From assembly GCF_000143415.4 (NCBI RefSeq), contig NW_003314267.1, positions 3,099,407-3,163,406 on the forward strand: a stretch of DNA of 64,000 nucleotides, written 5' to 3'. The position numbers and the translations under genes are program-made. The stretch comes from Selaginella moellendorffii (taxonomy: Eukaryota; Plantae; Lycopodiophyta). This document shows, piece after piece, positions 1 to 11,282 of the stretch; position 1 is the first letter of the stretch; the number at the start of each line of letters is the position of its first letter. The notes beneath the pieces were generated by a model, which worked only from the letters and a program-made list of their open reading frames with translations, searched no databases and was not told the origin of the DNA.

Positions 1-1475
1 AAAGTGGAGCCAAAAGGGTGCCACATGGTAGTGGCCGAAACAAAAGCCAAACAAGCATAACACATTTGGATTAAAAGCTCTGACTTAAAAGGTTGAGAGC
101 AGGAGTGGAATTCCCAATGAAGTGCTCGAGGAACAAGCATGAAGTGAGCAATAAGTGTGTCTCTAGAAAAGAGACACAAGAGGACCAACACATGACACAT
201 AGAAGAGTCTGAGATGGAGTCCGAAAGGGACTGAGATGGACCCGAGAAGTCTAAGATAGACCCGAGATGGAGTCCAAGATGGAGTCCGAGATGGACCCGA
301 GATGGAACCCAAGATGGAGTTAGAGAAGGACCGAGATAGAGTCCGAAGTCAAGACCAAGACCAAGATCGGGACCGAGACCAAGACCGGGACCGAGACCGA
401 GGCCGAGGCGAGACCGAGCCCAAGCCTGAGTCCGAGTCCGAGTCCGAGTCCAAGTCTAAGTTCGAGTCTGAGAGGGTGAAAGCCTAAAGCGTTCGTCTCC
501 TAGACCCTAGGGGGTCTGGTGAGCTCCAAAAGTATAGTAAGGAGGGGGGGGGGGACTCCAGTGGAGCTAGTTTGGTCAGGAAAGGCCAATTTGGCCCAGG
601 AAGGCTGTACTCAGATGTTGGATGATGGGATAACCATTGGGAAGTCCAAGGCTAGGGTGAATATAGACCGACAAGTGGGGTAGCTTAGTAAAATATTCAA
701 GAGCAGACTCTAGTTCCCTCGGGAGATCGAATGGCCAATGCTCCCAGTCCAACTGTGGGTGGCATTACCTACTTGGAGACTTGGTATGGCTCAACGGAAC
801 CTCACTCTAAGCCCATGGCTAGAGCACCTAAAGGCGGAAGGTGGGGAGAGTACCCATGGGGCTCGCGTAGGGCCATGGTGTTCCAAAATATTCTCCCGAA
901 GTCCCAAACTGAGGAAAGGAGGAGGAGTAGTTCTCTAGTGTAGTGACTAAGGATACAGTCACATGGTGAGGAAGTCCCAGAGGACAATAGGACTTAGTGG
1001 CTAGGCTTGTGGGCCTTGATCTAGTGGCAATGTTGGCGAACATGGCCATAGACAGAAAAGGGACTTGGTAGAAATTGATAAAGGGATATTGGGGAAGGTT
1101 ATTCCTCATGTCTGTGGGCATCTTAAGGATGCTAAGGAGTGGATCTGGGATGACCACTCGTGGATGGATGGCCTAGTCTTGGAGAGATGGGACTGTGATG
1201 CAAGTGGTATTGGATCACCAGTGCAGCAAAGGTGAATGGGTATGGCCTTAGCATAACGGGCCGATATGTCAGTGGTACCTTTGGGTGTTGGTTATAGGAT
1301 CGAACACATGGAGCACTTGGGCTAAGTACAAAGGTTGAGTGGCGGGGATGCCATTCTCGGGGCTAGCACGCCCAAGTCCAGAATAGAACTTATGGAGGTT
1401 GTGAGCGAGACTCTTCCAAGTGGTTGAAGGTGTGGTTAAGTGATTAAAGTAGAATGGAAAAATTAGTCGCTTACA
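1..1475 (+). mobile_element. Long LTR of family A (solo or 3' LTR), truncated by the window start
   Basis: Colinear with LTRs 48965-50621 and 54733-56455, including the GAGATGGAGTCC/GAGACC/GAGTCC arrays. Ends ...TTAGTCGCTTACA at 1475. No PBS follows. Confidence 0.9.
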
Positions 1476-3092
1476 CTTCAACATAAAAACTAATAAGTTA
1501 AAATACCTTCCTTGACAACTTTGAACAACTGGAATAACGAGCATGAAAACTCAAAGAACAAAAAGATTAAAGAAGCTTATAGCCAAATCTCACTTAATAA
1601 TGATTATGAGTCTTGCATCAATTAATTTCAATGCCAAAAAAGAAATTATAGTACCATATCCTTCTCAACACATCCATAAGTTAAACTTCATATATAAAAG
1701 CTAATGAAAAGTATATATGCATCAATCTAAAAGTCAAGTACAATGAAGGTATGCTCAATAAGTGATCATCAACTTAATCCTGAATGAATCCACTGTTTAT
1801 ACCAAGATGAAATTCTCTTCATAACAAGTGTAATAAGAATCATTAATAACTGATATAATCTTAACTTAATTCCAACAAAGAACTAACAACTTTAATATTA
1901 ATCACTAACTCATTCTCTTGGAAAGCTAATATATTCTAGGACTAAATCACATTTCAAAGAAAATTTAAAGCTCAACCTTTACTAAACAATCTCATTTAGA
2001 ACACAACTAGCTCAATTTGCCACTCAGCTCATTTGAATGCTAACATAGTTATTAATTAACAATGCACAAATGCTAATAATATAATGTTACAACTAAACTA
2101 TCAACATCATCTTTATTGAGACTAGCAAAACAGTTTGATATCTTATCTCATTCAATTTCAACTTCAATGATGTTATTATCAGAGTAGCACTTAAATGCCA
2201 TTAACACCATAATAAAGCTAGAAGAAAGCAAAAGCAAATCATCACTTAATACTCTCTAGCAACCAAACTAACCAAGGTTGAAGATAATTTTTTTCTATTT
2301 GAAACAAATCTCTGAAAAGTAGTCAACTAGAGATAACACATCAAAAAGTGAATCACCACCTCCAAGACTCAATACAATCCAACACCACGGACTAAACGTA
2401 ACCAAAAAATATTAATAGAGATAAGATCAAAATGCTAATATGGAAAAACCATGCAAAGCCAGTGATATGATCCTTTGCAACATTATCTAGTAGCAAGCTT
2501 ATCATTACTAAATCATCATTAAGCTAAATAAAGTGTTAGTAGCCCTTGATAAAATCTATAAGCAACCACTAGTTGCAAAGCAACTAGTAATCACTCTTCA
2601 ATTTGCCTTCATAAAATCTAAACACTAAATTTACATAATTGTGTCATATACTTAACTTATGAAAAAGTAACACTCCAAGTACAATATATAAGAATATAGA
2701 CAAATATTAACAAAATGACTACTCAAATCTAATCGAATAACAATAGGCCCACTAACACATCTAGCTAACAGCGTGGAGAATAACCAAAGATGTTAACTAT
2801 ATGATCAACACCCAGCCGAAATTAAAGTGAAGACTATAACATGGACTCATATGGTATACAACCTCCTAATGGACAAAACTATAGTACACGTACTAACATC
2901 TCAATTGCAAACAACTAAGTTGGACATCACTATCCTCAGCTAAGGCACAAGAGCCCTAAAACCAAGTCAAAATCAATGAGAGCTCACTACTCTCATAGAG
3001 TTTAATGAAATGCAAAGTATAACTTGCCACCAAATATAATATACAAAAGAAAGGTACAAGGATCACCTTTCTAGAAAAGCATAATGGCCACT

Positions 3093-3434
3093 TGTGAGAC
3101 ACAAATTGCTAAGCCCTAAAGTGGAGTCGAAAGGGTGCCACATAACAATGGTCAAAGTAGAGGTGCAACAAGCGTAACATAGAAAGGGATATAAGAAGGA
3201 CTAACACATGGCAAGTGTCGTGACACATGGAAGTGTCGGGACCAAGTCTGAGAAGGAGTCCGAGATGGACTTCGAGAAGAAGTCTGAGAAAGAGCTTGAG
3301 AAAGAGTTTGAGATGGAGCTCGAGGCTGGATCCGACACCGAGATTGAAACCAAGACTAAGACTGAGATCGAGTTTGAGTTTGAGACTAAGTCCGAGTCCA
3401 AGTCTGAGTTTGAGTTCAAATCCAAGTCTGAGTT
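3093..3434 (+). mobile_element. Diverged 5' fragment of a family-A-like LTR
   Basis: Starts TGTGAGACACAAA like the LTR at 48965 and has a degenerate hexamer array. Interrupted at 3435. Confidence 0.7.
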
Positions 3435-4430
3435 TGTAGCGCACGTGGTTTTTACCCTTTATCCTATGGTGATTTACCATAGGATAACACCACGAAGCAG
3501 AACCTAAACCCTCTTTGTGCCATGTGACAGATGCCACATGTCACATGCCACGTGTCCAAAGGATAGTGCTATGGAACCTGAGTTTCAGGGCCTTGGGCCA
3601 CTAAACGAAGGAACGGTGCCAAACTCCCAAGCTTGGAGCCAAGGAGTGATGGAACCAAACCACGGAGCAACTCTCGAGCATACAGCCCAAGAAGCGAAGG
3701 GACAAGAGCCCGGAGCGACTTGGAACAATCTTAGAGTAACCAGCATCCTAATGCTAGGACCAGCATGCAAAACGGAGCCAAACGGAGTCTGGCGCTATTT
3801 CGGCATATCGGTGGCCTAATGCGAGGACATGGGTATTCCACCGGCTAGCATAGTGTGGAACTTGGGCTTAGACCCAAGCCGGACGCAGAACAAAGACAGG
3901 CACGCAAGCAGGAGCTAGATTATGCCTCAGGTTGGTCGGCCATGCTCGACCTACCCACTATCCCTACTATACATTTGGAACCCCCCCGCCCCTCCCCTTT
4001 GAGGAACACACACTTTGGGCTTTCACCCCAAGCCTCCCTTAGTATCAGGAGTTAGTCTCTGGGACAAGCTCGAAACTTACTAAATATGGAATGTTCCTAA
4101 ATTGCGAGTTTGGACACGAGACGAACACCATTGTGTTCAAAACAATCTCTACATTCCGTAGATATGCCAAATGAGCAAATTTGGACACTTTCCACAAATA
4201 ACATTTGGGACCAAAATGAGACTAACACAAAGGGCATGATAATGAGGGTGTTTGGCAAATATGGTAAGCTATCATTTAGCAATGTTGAGGGACCAATCTC
4301 AATATCGCAGGGGTTCTTGATACTAGCAAGTGCAAGCCAATGACAAGAGTTTCTCAAACCGGGCCGAGTATACTCAGCAAGAAACACATAGGAGTTCCTA
4401 CCTTATGTTTATCCGATTTAAGTGTACGGA
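3435..4430 (+). mobile_element. Family C repeat, probable ~1-kb LTR, cut by the DNA transposon
   Basis: Begins TGTAGCGCACGTGG. Homologous over ~850 bp to the reverse complement of ~29060-29905. Fragments also lie at ~22535-22681 and ~60400-60635. Confidence 0.65.
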
Positions 4431-4862
4431 AGCTCTATTTTGTTAAAGTGGGAATTGTCATTATCCCACTTATAAAATAAGGTTTCCAAACCTTTATATA
4501 GTATATAAATATAACAAAATTCAACTGCATTGAGGCACATGCCATTTTATTTTAAACAAGGAAATGTCTACTCAATCACTTCTCCTCCCCCTGCCACTGC
4601 TTCACCTCTCTCTTCTCCTTGTCATCATCGTCTAATTTCTTTCCATCCTTTTAATATTAGCTTAGTCTAGGTGGAGCCCAAGTCCCCATTCAATCTTTAC
4701 TTTCCCCTTATTAATAAAACAACTGCTGTAACACTTCTAGTATAATGCAAATTCTCTCAAAGAATTGTCTTTTAATATTAATACAATGGCATGGAACCCC
4801 ATGCCATAATAAGTTACATTTTTAAATAAATACATGCCATCTTAGATTGTTATTTTTTGCCT

Positions 4863-5704
4863 CTAACGCCTATATAATAATCTTGGAATTTCATCACTCT
4901 CCACACTATCAGGATTTAAACCCAATAGTAATGCCATCTCTTCTCTAATACGTCCACGCTCATGTTCAGTGGTCGAAGAACCCATCCGGTTGAGCAGATT
5001 ATGGAGATGCGGATAGTGCTTGGCTAGACAATATACATGCCATAAATGATGACTGGTGTCTGTCCGATCAAATGGCTTCTGATATACTGTTCCATCTGCC
5101 ATTTAGTTGATTTCTGCAGCCACCTCTTGGACTGGCTGGTTCTCTATCACCATCGCTCCAAGCCATTTTGCAAGGTCCCCCAGAACATACGGTTTCTTCT
5201 CCCTAGTTTCCATACTGCAAGAGATGGGGTGCACTGCATATGTGTGTGTGTTCGCTGCAGTTTTAATGGGCGAGTCATTGATGATAAGGATTTCACTTGA
5301 CCTAGCAGTCCGGTTCATCACTACAGCCTCTGGCTTGACGAAGATGGGCTTGCTACCCCTCACATGGACCATAGTCAAGCAATCCTCCTGCGTTAGGAGA
5401 AAGTCAAATGGTAATATTACTCGCGTCTGATCGTGCATCATCTGTAGCAACGTTAATGCATTGTGGCGCATCATGGATGTCTAAACTCCCAATTGCAAAT
5501 TGAACCCGGCCCTCTATTTTAAGTGTCGCATGGTCATTATTAGATCCCGCAGTTTCTCCCATGTGATTAATGTGAATCTGTCTCTTTTGACCAACTTGCG
5601 ACCGCAGGCTTTGGAGGGTGCAGTGACATTTGAGGACAAGCCACGCTCATGGGAGAAAAGGACACCGTTCAGATCAAAAACGATACAGTACCTTCGCTGT
5701 GACT
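4863..5704 (-). pseudogene. FCP1/SCP-homology (NIF, HAD-fold) phosphatase-like last exon of the transposon cargo gene
   Basis: ORFs 5514-5726, 5103-5474 and 4863-5102 share one frame broken by 3 stops, each one transition from a sense codon. Motifs CIVFDLNGVL, GV*TSMMRHN, LTQEDC, KPIFVK, ILIINDSPIK and AVHP follow NIF-family order. A 47-nt intron (5705-5751) links it to the upstream exon. Confidence 0.7.
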
Positions 5705-5751
5705 CTGAAATGAAATGCGTCAGCATAAAAAATGGTACAAGTCAATTTTAC

Positions 5752-8310
5752 CATGTCATTTAGCGAATGGTGCTCCCGATGGTCGTTGAGGGGGTTTTGG
5801 TCGAGGAAACGTGAAGGGCGGAAATACTCTCCTCTGCAATGTGGGGTCAATCGCATCCGATGGCGTGTGGGCACATGCCATTTCAGCTGTAGACTCTGGT
5901 ACAACTGGCTCAACAGTGGCATGGGGTGGTTCCGATGGCGTGTGATCACATGCCATTTCAGCTGGTGCCTCCATTGGCAAAGTGGACATGACCGAACAGG
6001 CAGCAGGGGCGGTGTAGGGAGGTTCCAACGGCGCGTAGTCAGACGATTGGGCACACGTTGAGTCCGTTGGAAATGAGGATACGACCGGCTCGGCGGCTGG
6101 GGCGGCCTCATGCGGGTCCAATGGCGCTTGGTCACCGTCAGTTGGATACGTGGACAAAATTGACTCAGTGGTATGGGCAGCATCAAGTGGAGCGTGGTCA
6201 GCTGGCTTGGCGTTGATATGGATAGTAGCCTCCACCAGCTCTGATGACTCTTGCAGGCAAGTAGAGTCCACTAGCGGATCCATATGCATGTCCAAATATC
6301 TCCCTTCGATTGAGATGGTATCCTCCCGTGCTACTAAAAACAAACTCATTAGCACATTGAATCGACTATACTGTATTTACCATCAACTGCTATTGAGGAA
6401 CTAGGACCGATATCACTTGGGCGCACTGCTGATTCTGAAGGATTGGACATACGTTTCGACCCTTGCTTGGCACTATCCTTCCTCGACACTAAAGGCTAGA
6501 GTTTGTATCTTAATTCAACTAAATAATCTCTACTTACCATTTGCTCTGCGACCTACATAGACAATGTTAGAAATGGTAAAAGGTTAGGAATGGATGTACT
6601 ATTATTTACCTGATGGTTTGTCTTGTATGACCTTCCTCCGCTGCTCTTTGGCCACCTCAGGCTGGCCATCGTCGTCATCATCGTCGTCGTCGTTATTGTG
6701 ATCGTCACCATTGTGAGGACCATCCAAGTCCTCTTCGTCCTCCTCTTCTTCGTCCTCCTCTTCTTTGTCCTCCTCTTCGTCCTTCTGCTCTTCCTGCTCA
6801 TTATCTTTCTTTGGCTCCTCATCCCCCTCCTGCATTTCTTCCATAGGCTGCTCAGGTTGGATGGCTTGTTCTTCCAGGACCATCTTGGAAAAATCATCTG
6901 GCCGAGTCTCCATCTCAAAATACAAGACATCCATAGCCTGTTTTAGTGCGTGATCTAGGACCGTATCCTCACCCAACTGTCTTAACATGGTTTCTGCACG
7001 TTCTTGCACCCTTCGAAGACGACGAGATGAGAAAAACGTGGCCCTGACTTGAAAAGCATCCCTCATCCATTGTACCTCTCCATTGAGATTGGGGAAGGGG
7101 AGTCCGCCATAGGAATCTGAGTCAGGAGGTGGTGACTGGCTGCTTTCACTCAGCCCTTGATTTGCAATGAATGGCATGAGCACACACGCCATAACTGCGA
7201 GGCATTACCTATCATCTTTTTGTTGCCCTTCTTCCTTTTCGAATCAAATGCCTCTGATCCCGACGACTGTCCAACATGCTTTCGCTTTTTATGACCACTG
7301 TCAGTTTGAGCTTGATCTGCAAGAAATGGCATGAGGACCCATGCAATAACCATGACGCTTTGCTTCCCGTCCTTGGAGGCTCTGTTGTGCCTTCCGCATC
7401 CTCAGGTGCCTGCTCCTCAATTCCCTTTCGCTTTCGTTTCTTATGCACCCGTTCTACAGAAATAGCATGAGGACATACGCGATAAGCACACAAATGCTTT
7501 TACCCTTCCTCCTCTGCCCTGGTCGGTTGTCCATCTCTTTGTCTACAGCGTCTGAAAGCTGTTTTGCAGGTAGCCTAATTCGAGGTTCACGACGTCTCCT
7601 TGGCACTTGAACTGTATATTATTGCATCAACACATGCAACATCCCATAATATTTTTAAGTTACCTTTCATAAAGTTTTCCATTGGTTCAACTCGTTCCCC
7701 TGAAATACAAACTTAGATAAGTGCATGGGGCCATATGTCATGATTGTACCTATTTCGAAACTCTCCTTATCACTCTCCGAGGCCTCCCCCTCCTCCACTG
7801 GAGGCACGTTGTTCCGTTCGATTTCCTCGACGCGATCTGCAAGAACATTAGTTAATTGCGTGGGGCCACACGCCATCAAACCTTCAGGTTCTTGTCATGA
7901 GGTCTGCGCTGCTTGCCCTAGTCTCTTTGGAATTTGAGCTGCAAGAAGCAATGGCATGAGAATTCACGTATAACAAAAATGATTGGTATCTCTCGTCCGT
8001 TGTACTTGGCTGGTGCTTGCCTGTTTTGCCTTTGAAGAAGTGTCTCCTGCAAAGAATGGCATGAGACCACACGCCATTGCAAATATAATTTGTACCTCCT
8101 TTTTTCCTATTGCTTGTCTGTTTGTCCTTCTTCGACGCGCCACCAGTGCGCTTTTCAGTCCTCGTGTCTGAATATTCACAACAATCTATAATTAAAATGG
8201 CGTGAGGCCTCACGTGACCTTACCTTGTGCAGGTTGTGAGCTCGGCCCAACATGGGTATCTTCAACAGTAGCTGTTAACGCTGTTTCAGCATCTGGGGGT
8301 GGCCACGCTC
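5752..8310 (-). pseudogene. Low-complexity middle exons (Pro/Ala-rich, acidic, Lys/Arg-rich) of the cargo gene
   Basis: ORFs 5756-6355 and 6602-7192 plus short exons. Predicted GT-AG introns of 45-57 nt include 6334-6380, 6489-6537, 6553-6609, 7156-7208, 7454-7503, 7612-7663, 7700-7749, 7837-7881, 8047-8095, 8168-8224 and 8311-8360. Confidence 0.6.
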
Positions 8311-8360
8311 CTGCATACAGAGCTTGTGAGATAACATTTAAACTTAAAGTGCGTACTCAC

Positions 8361-9235
8361 CAGGTTCGCAGAGAAGATACTGTTTTTCTTTGGCAACTGT
8401 AATTATATGCTCCATTGAAGTCACCTCTTCAATGGAGTTTGTCACCGCAACACACGGGACACCCTTGAGTAGTGCGGCTCGAAAGAATAGTCTGCCGCAG
8501 TTGTACTCGACAACGCATTTGCCCTTGGAGTCGGAAGTAGGTGACCCACCCGCTATTGCGTTGAAGACCCAGCTGAGCATTTCCCATGCTGCACCTGGAG
8601 CTTTCTCTGGATTCGAAAGCTCCATAGCCGTCTTCAGTTCCTCAAGCACGGGTAAATTGACCTCCCTCAGATCAATTCGATCGGCCTTGTCGAACGAAGC
8701 TGGGAAGTCACTCCAGTCCCACTCTGCTGCAGGACCAATAACAAGGGCGAGTGTGAAGATGCGGACATTCGTCGGTATCTTCTTCTTAGCCATTATCCCA
8801 TGGATCTCCCGCATCTCCTTGCCTTTCAACCGAGCCTTCACCTCATTCAAGGCCTTCCAGAACTTGTGATAGGATTCGGAGTCGTAGATCATATAGTGGA
8901 CTGAAGATTCCACCTCCACAAGTCCCACCATTAAGTCAATGATGGAGCTGACTTCGTCTGCATGAGTGATCTCCTCGTTTGTGAAGTCCATCACACAAAA
9001 GATGTTCTTGACCTGCTCATCTCCGTGGGAAACGATGCTCCTCCACCTTTGATCCTCATCCGAATTGACGTATACCCGGTAAGGTTCTCGATAGGCCTCT
9101 ACTGCGGGGTCGAGTTGTTTCTGAAGCTGGCAGTCGACATCCCTCTTAATGAAATTTGGATACTGATCCAACTTCTCAGCTTTACTTTTCGTGGCATCCC
9201 GCAGCAGATCGATGAACTTGGGGGCCCCCTTCACG
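8361..9235 (-). CDS. Globular cargo exon with a degenerate SAM-dependent (N6/N4 DNA) methyltransferase-like C-terminus; 5' end missing
   Basis: C-terminal ~290 aa of ORF 8344-9933. NPEKAP..LSWVFNAI..KGKCVVEYNCG..FFRAALLKGVPCVAVTNS parallels HPTQKP..L..LI..GDxVLDPFxGSGTT..AA...GR..IGxE. Ends at a GTGAGT donor (8360). Confidence 0.45.
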
Positions 9236-10311
9236 TTCAAGGCATATTTGAAACGGTTACACTTGGCTTTCTCATGGTTGGGCACACTCATGAAGACGTC
9301 GATGCCATGTTCAGTCACCTGGCAGAGTCCCTCCGGCAATCCAATGTCCTCACCCTCCCACAACTCTACGATGAATTCCAAAATTGCATCAAAGGCACTG
9401 TTGAAGCTGCACTTGTGACAGAGGTTCCAGACTTTAAGGGGTTTGTAAGAGGCTACATCAGGGACGGATCCGAAATGCTGATTGGCCACTCCAAGCCTTT
9501 TCAGTTTCATTTCAGCATGCGTGACGGTGCTCCAGTGATGAGGTACAAGATGAGAGAATGGGACACAGTGTGGCTGCCAGTGGACGGCATTGAACTCTTC
9601 AAGAGAGATCCCATAACTGGGGAACCTATGATTCCTCAGGGTTCCCCACGGCCGATGCACCCGAATGGACTCAAAGACCAGGAAAGTATAGTGGCCGGGA
9701 TTAGACAGCATATTGCCTTCTGGAAGAGGGGGTTGGTGTTTGGTGGAGAATCCTATTTTCAGAGGTGCAAGCCTTTGCTCGAATACTGGGAGAAGATTAT
9801 ATCTGCTATCCAAAATGGGCCGGTTGTATATGAAGAATTGGAAGAGTCCTTTTGGCCAGAACCCAGAGCACCAGATAGTAGCGGAACAATGTCCTCTGGA
9901 AATGCAGTGACAGATAATGATGTTGAGGATCACTATTGTGGGCCGAGGAACAAAAAGCCGGATTCAGCATTCAATCCAGTACAGGTCTGCAAAGGAATGG
10001 TCGTGTTTGTCAGACCTAGTAATAAAAAACAAATGATATGGGTGGGGCACTGCATCACTGATGCAGAGGAGGACGTGGAAACTAACTCCTTCAATGTAAC
10101 TGTGGAGTGGTTCAAGCCAAGTTCCGGATATACGAAGGATTGCCTAGAAAAGAGATGGGTGCTGAATCCAAGGGATCCCAGCATGAGCATATCGGTGGAT
10201 AATGTTATGCATGGTTGGATGCGGAAGCAGAGTGCCACCATCACCTTGCTAGACCATGCAAGAGATGCAACAAGTGCATTCATAACCCGGGTTCAAGGTG
10301 AGATTCATTAA
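9230..10311 (+). CDS. C-terminal half of a Sola-type (DUF7869-like) transposase with a beta-rich BAH/SH3-like tail
   Basis: GIFETVTLGFLMVGHTHEDVDAMFSHL, VPDFKGF and GHSKPFQFHF motifs in ORF 8962-10311. The expected upstream DN-containing catalytic motif is absent. Confidence 0.75.
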
Positions 10312-11008
10312 TATTCCTTTACTAAGTTTCTAATGTATTTTATTTCAAGGTGAACAATCCGAATCTGAATCAGAGGAGGCGTGATGGCATATGGCCTTAC
10401 GCCATTCCTAGGTGCGATGATACAAATAACAAGTATAAATTCTTAGTTTTTCTAGCAAATCTTACTTAAAGTTCAAGGTGAACAAGCCGAATATGAATTC
10501 ATCGGATTGTTATAAAAAATTGCGAGGTGATGGCATGAGGCGATATGCCATTTGAGAGTGGTAGCCATTCCTATATGAGGTGAGTGAAATATTTATTAAA
10601 AATACCTCATTCAATTGTGCACTTCTAAGTCTTGGTCCACTCAGTACTGTTTGCATGTTTCTATTTTAATTCTTTCTCTAAAATGTTATTTAGCATGTGG
10701 CTTCATGCCATTGCTCTCCACAATCATGCATTGAATTTTTCTATCCTTGCATAATACTTCTCCATATATATAGCATGTGCGCACATGTGATATGGTTCAT
10801 TAGGCCTGATATAGTGTGTGAGGTAAAACAAAGATGATGTGACATATGCATTTACCAATCACATGTGCATAAATCTAATAATATGGCGTGTGGCCTATAT
10901 TAATGGCAAATAAACCCATATTGTGGGCTTACGTGCTTTATGTACCATCATTCCCTTGCAGCGTGTGTGTTGGTTTCCTTTTATAACACAACGAACTCCA
11001 TATTTTAG

Positions 11009-11282
11009 GGTGAAGAGCGTTCTCATGGCAAGCACAAAATCTGTAAGTGAGGCAGAAAAGGAGACGGAGAAGGAGATAGGTGAAGATGTAGAATATATAA
11101 GTCTTCCAAACTCCCCGTACTATACTCCAGATGATCATTTTTCTGAACAAACGGCAACATTAACAACTATCGAGAACGCCCCAGTAACGTCAGAGACAAC
11201 AATCCAAAGCAAAACAACTGACCCGGAGAAGGATGATAGTACCGCTGAGAGTACCAAAAAGGAGGTGTCCGCTAGTGCTTAG
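11009..11282 (+). CDS. Short acidic Ser/Thr-rich ORF or terminal exon inside the transposon
   Basis: Part of ORF 10923-11282, preceded by a TATTTTAG acceptor-like site. No recognisable domain. Confidence 0.3.

Noticed and set aside
1476-3092. A-rich tract that looks like decayed coding sequence
   Set aside because: No motif could be recognised in the frames inspected; left unannotated.
6623-6946. Hydrophobic 107-aa ORF resembling a membrane protein
   Set aside because: It is the antisense reading of the Glu/Asp-rich exon on the minus strand.
7171-8218. Palindromic repeats at semi-regular spacing as a CRISPR-like array
   Set aside because: Repeat centres vary, spacing is irregular, and the intervening DNA has splice signals and exon-like frames.
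5705-8360. Fungal origin or contamination suggested by ~50-nt introns
   Set aside because: The host RLK gene has equally short introns, and the element is embedded among the same repeats as the rest of the window.
9240-9933. N-terminal 230 aa of the 529-aa minus ORF as real protein
   Set aside because: It is the codon-aligned antisense of the transposase with atypical composition, likely a shadow frame.
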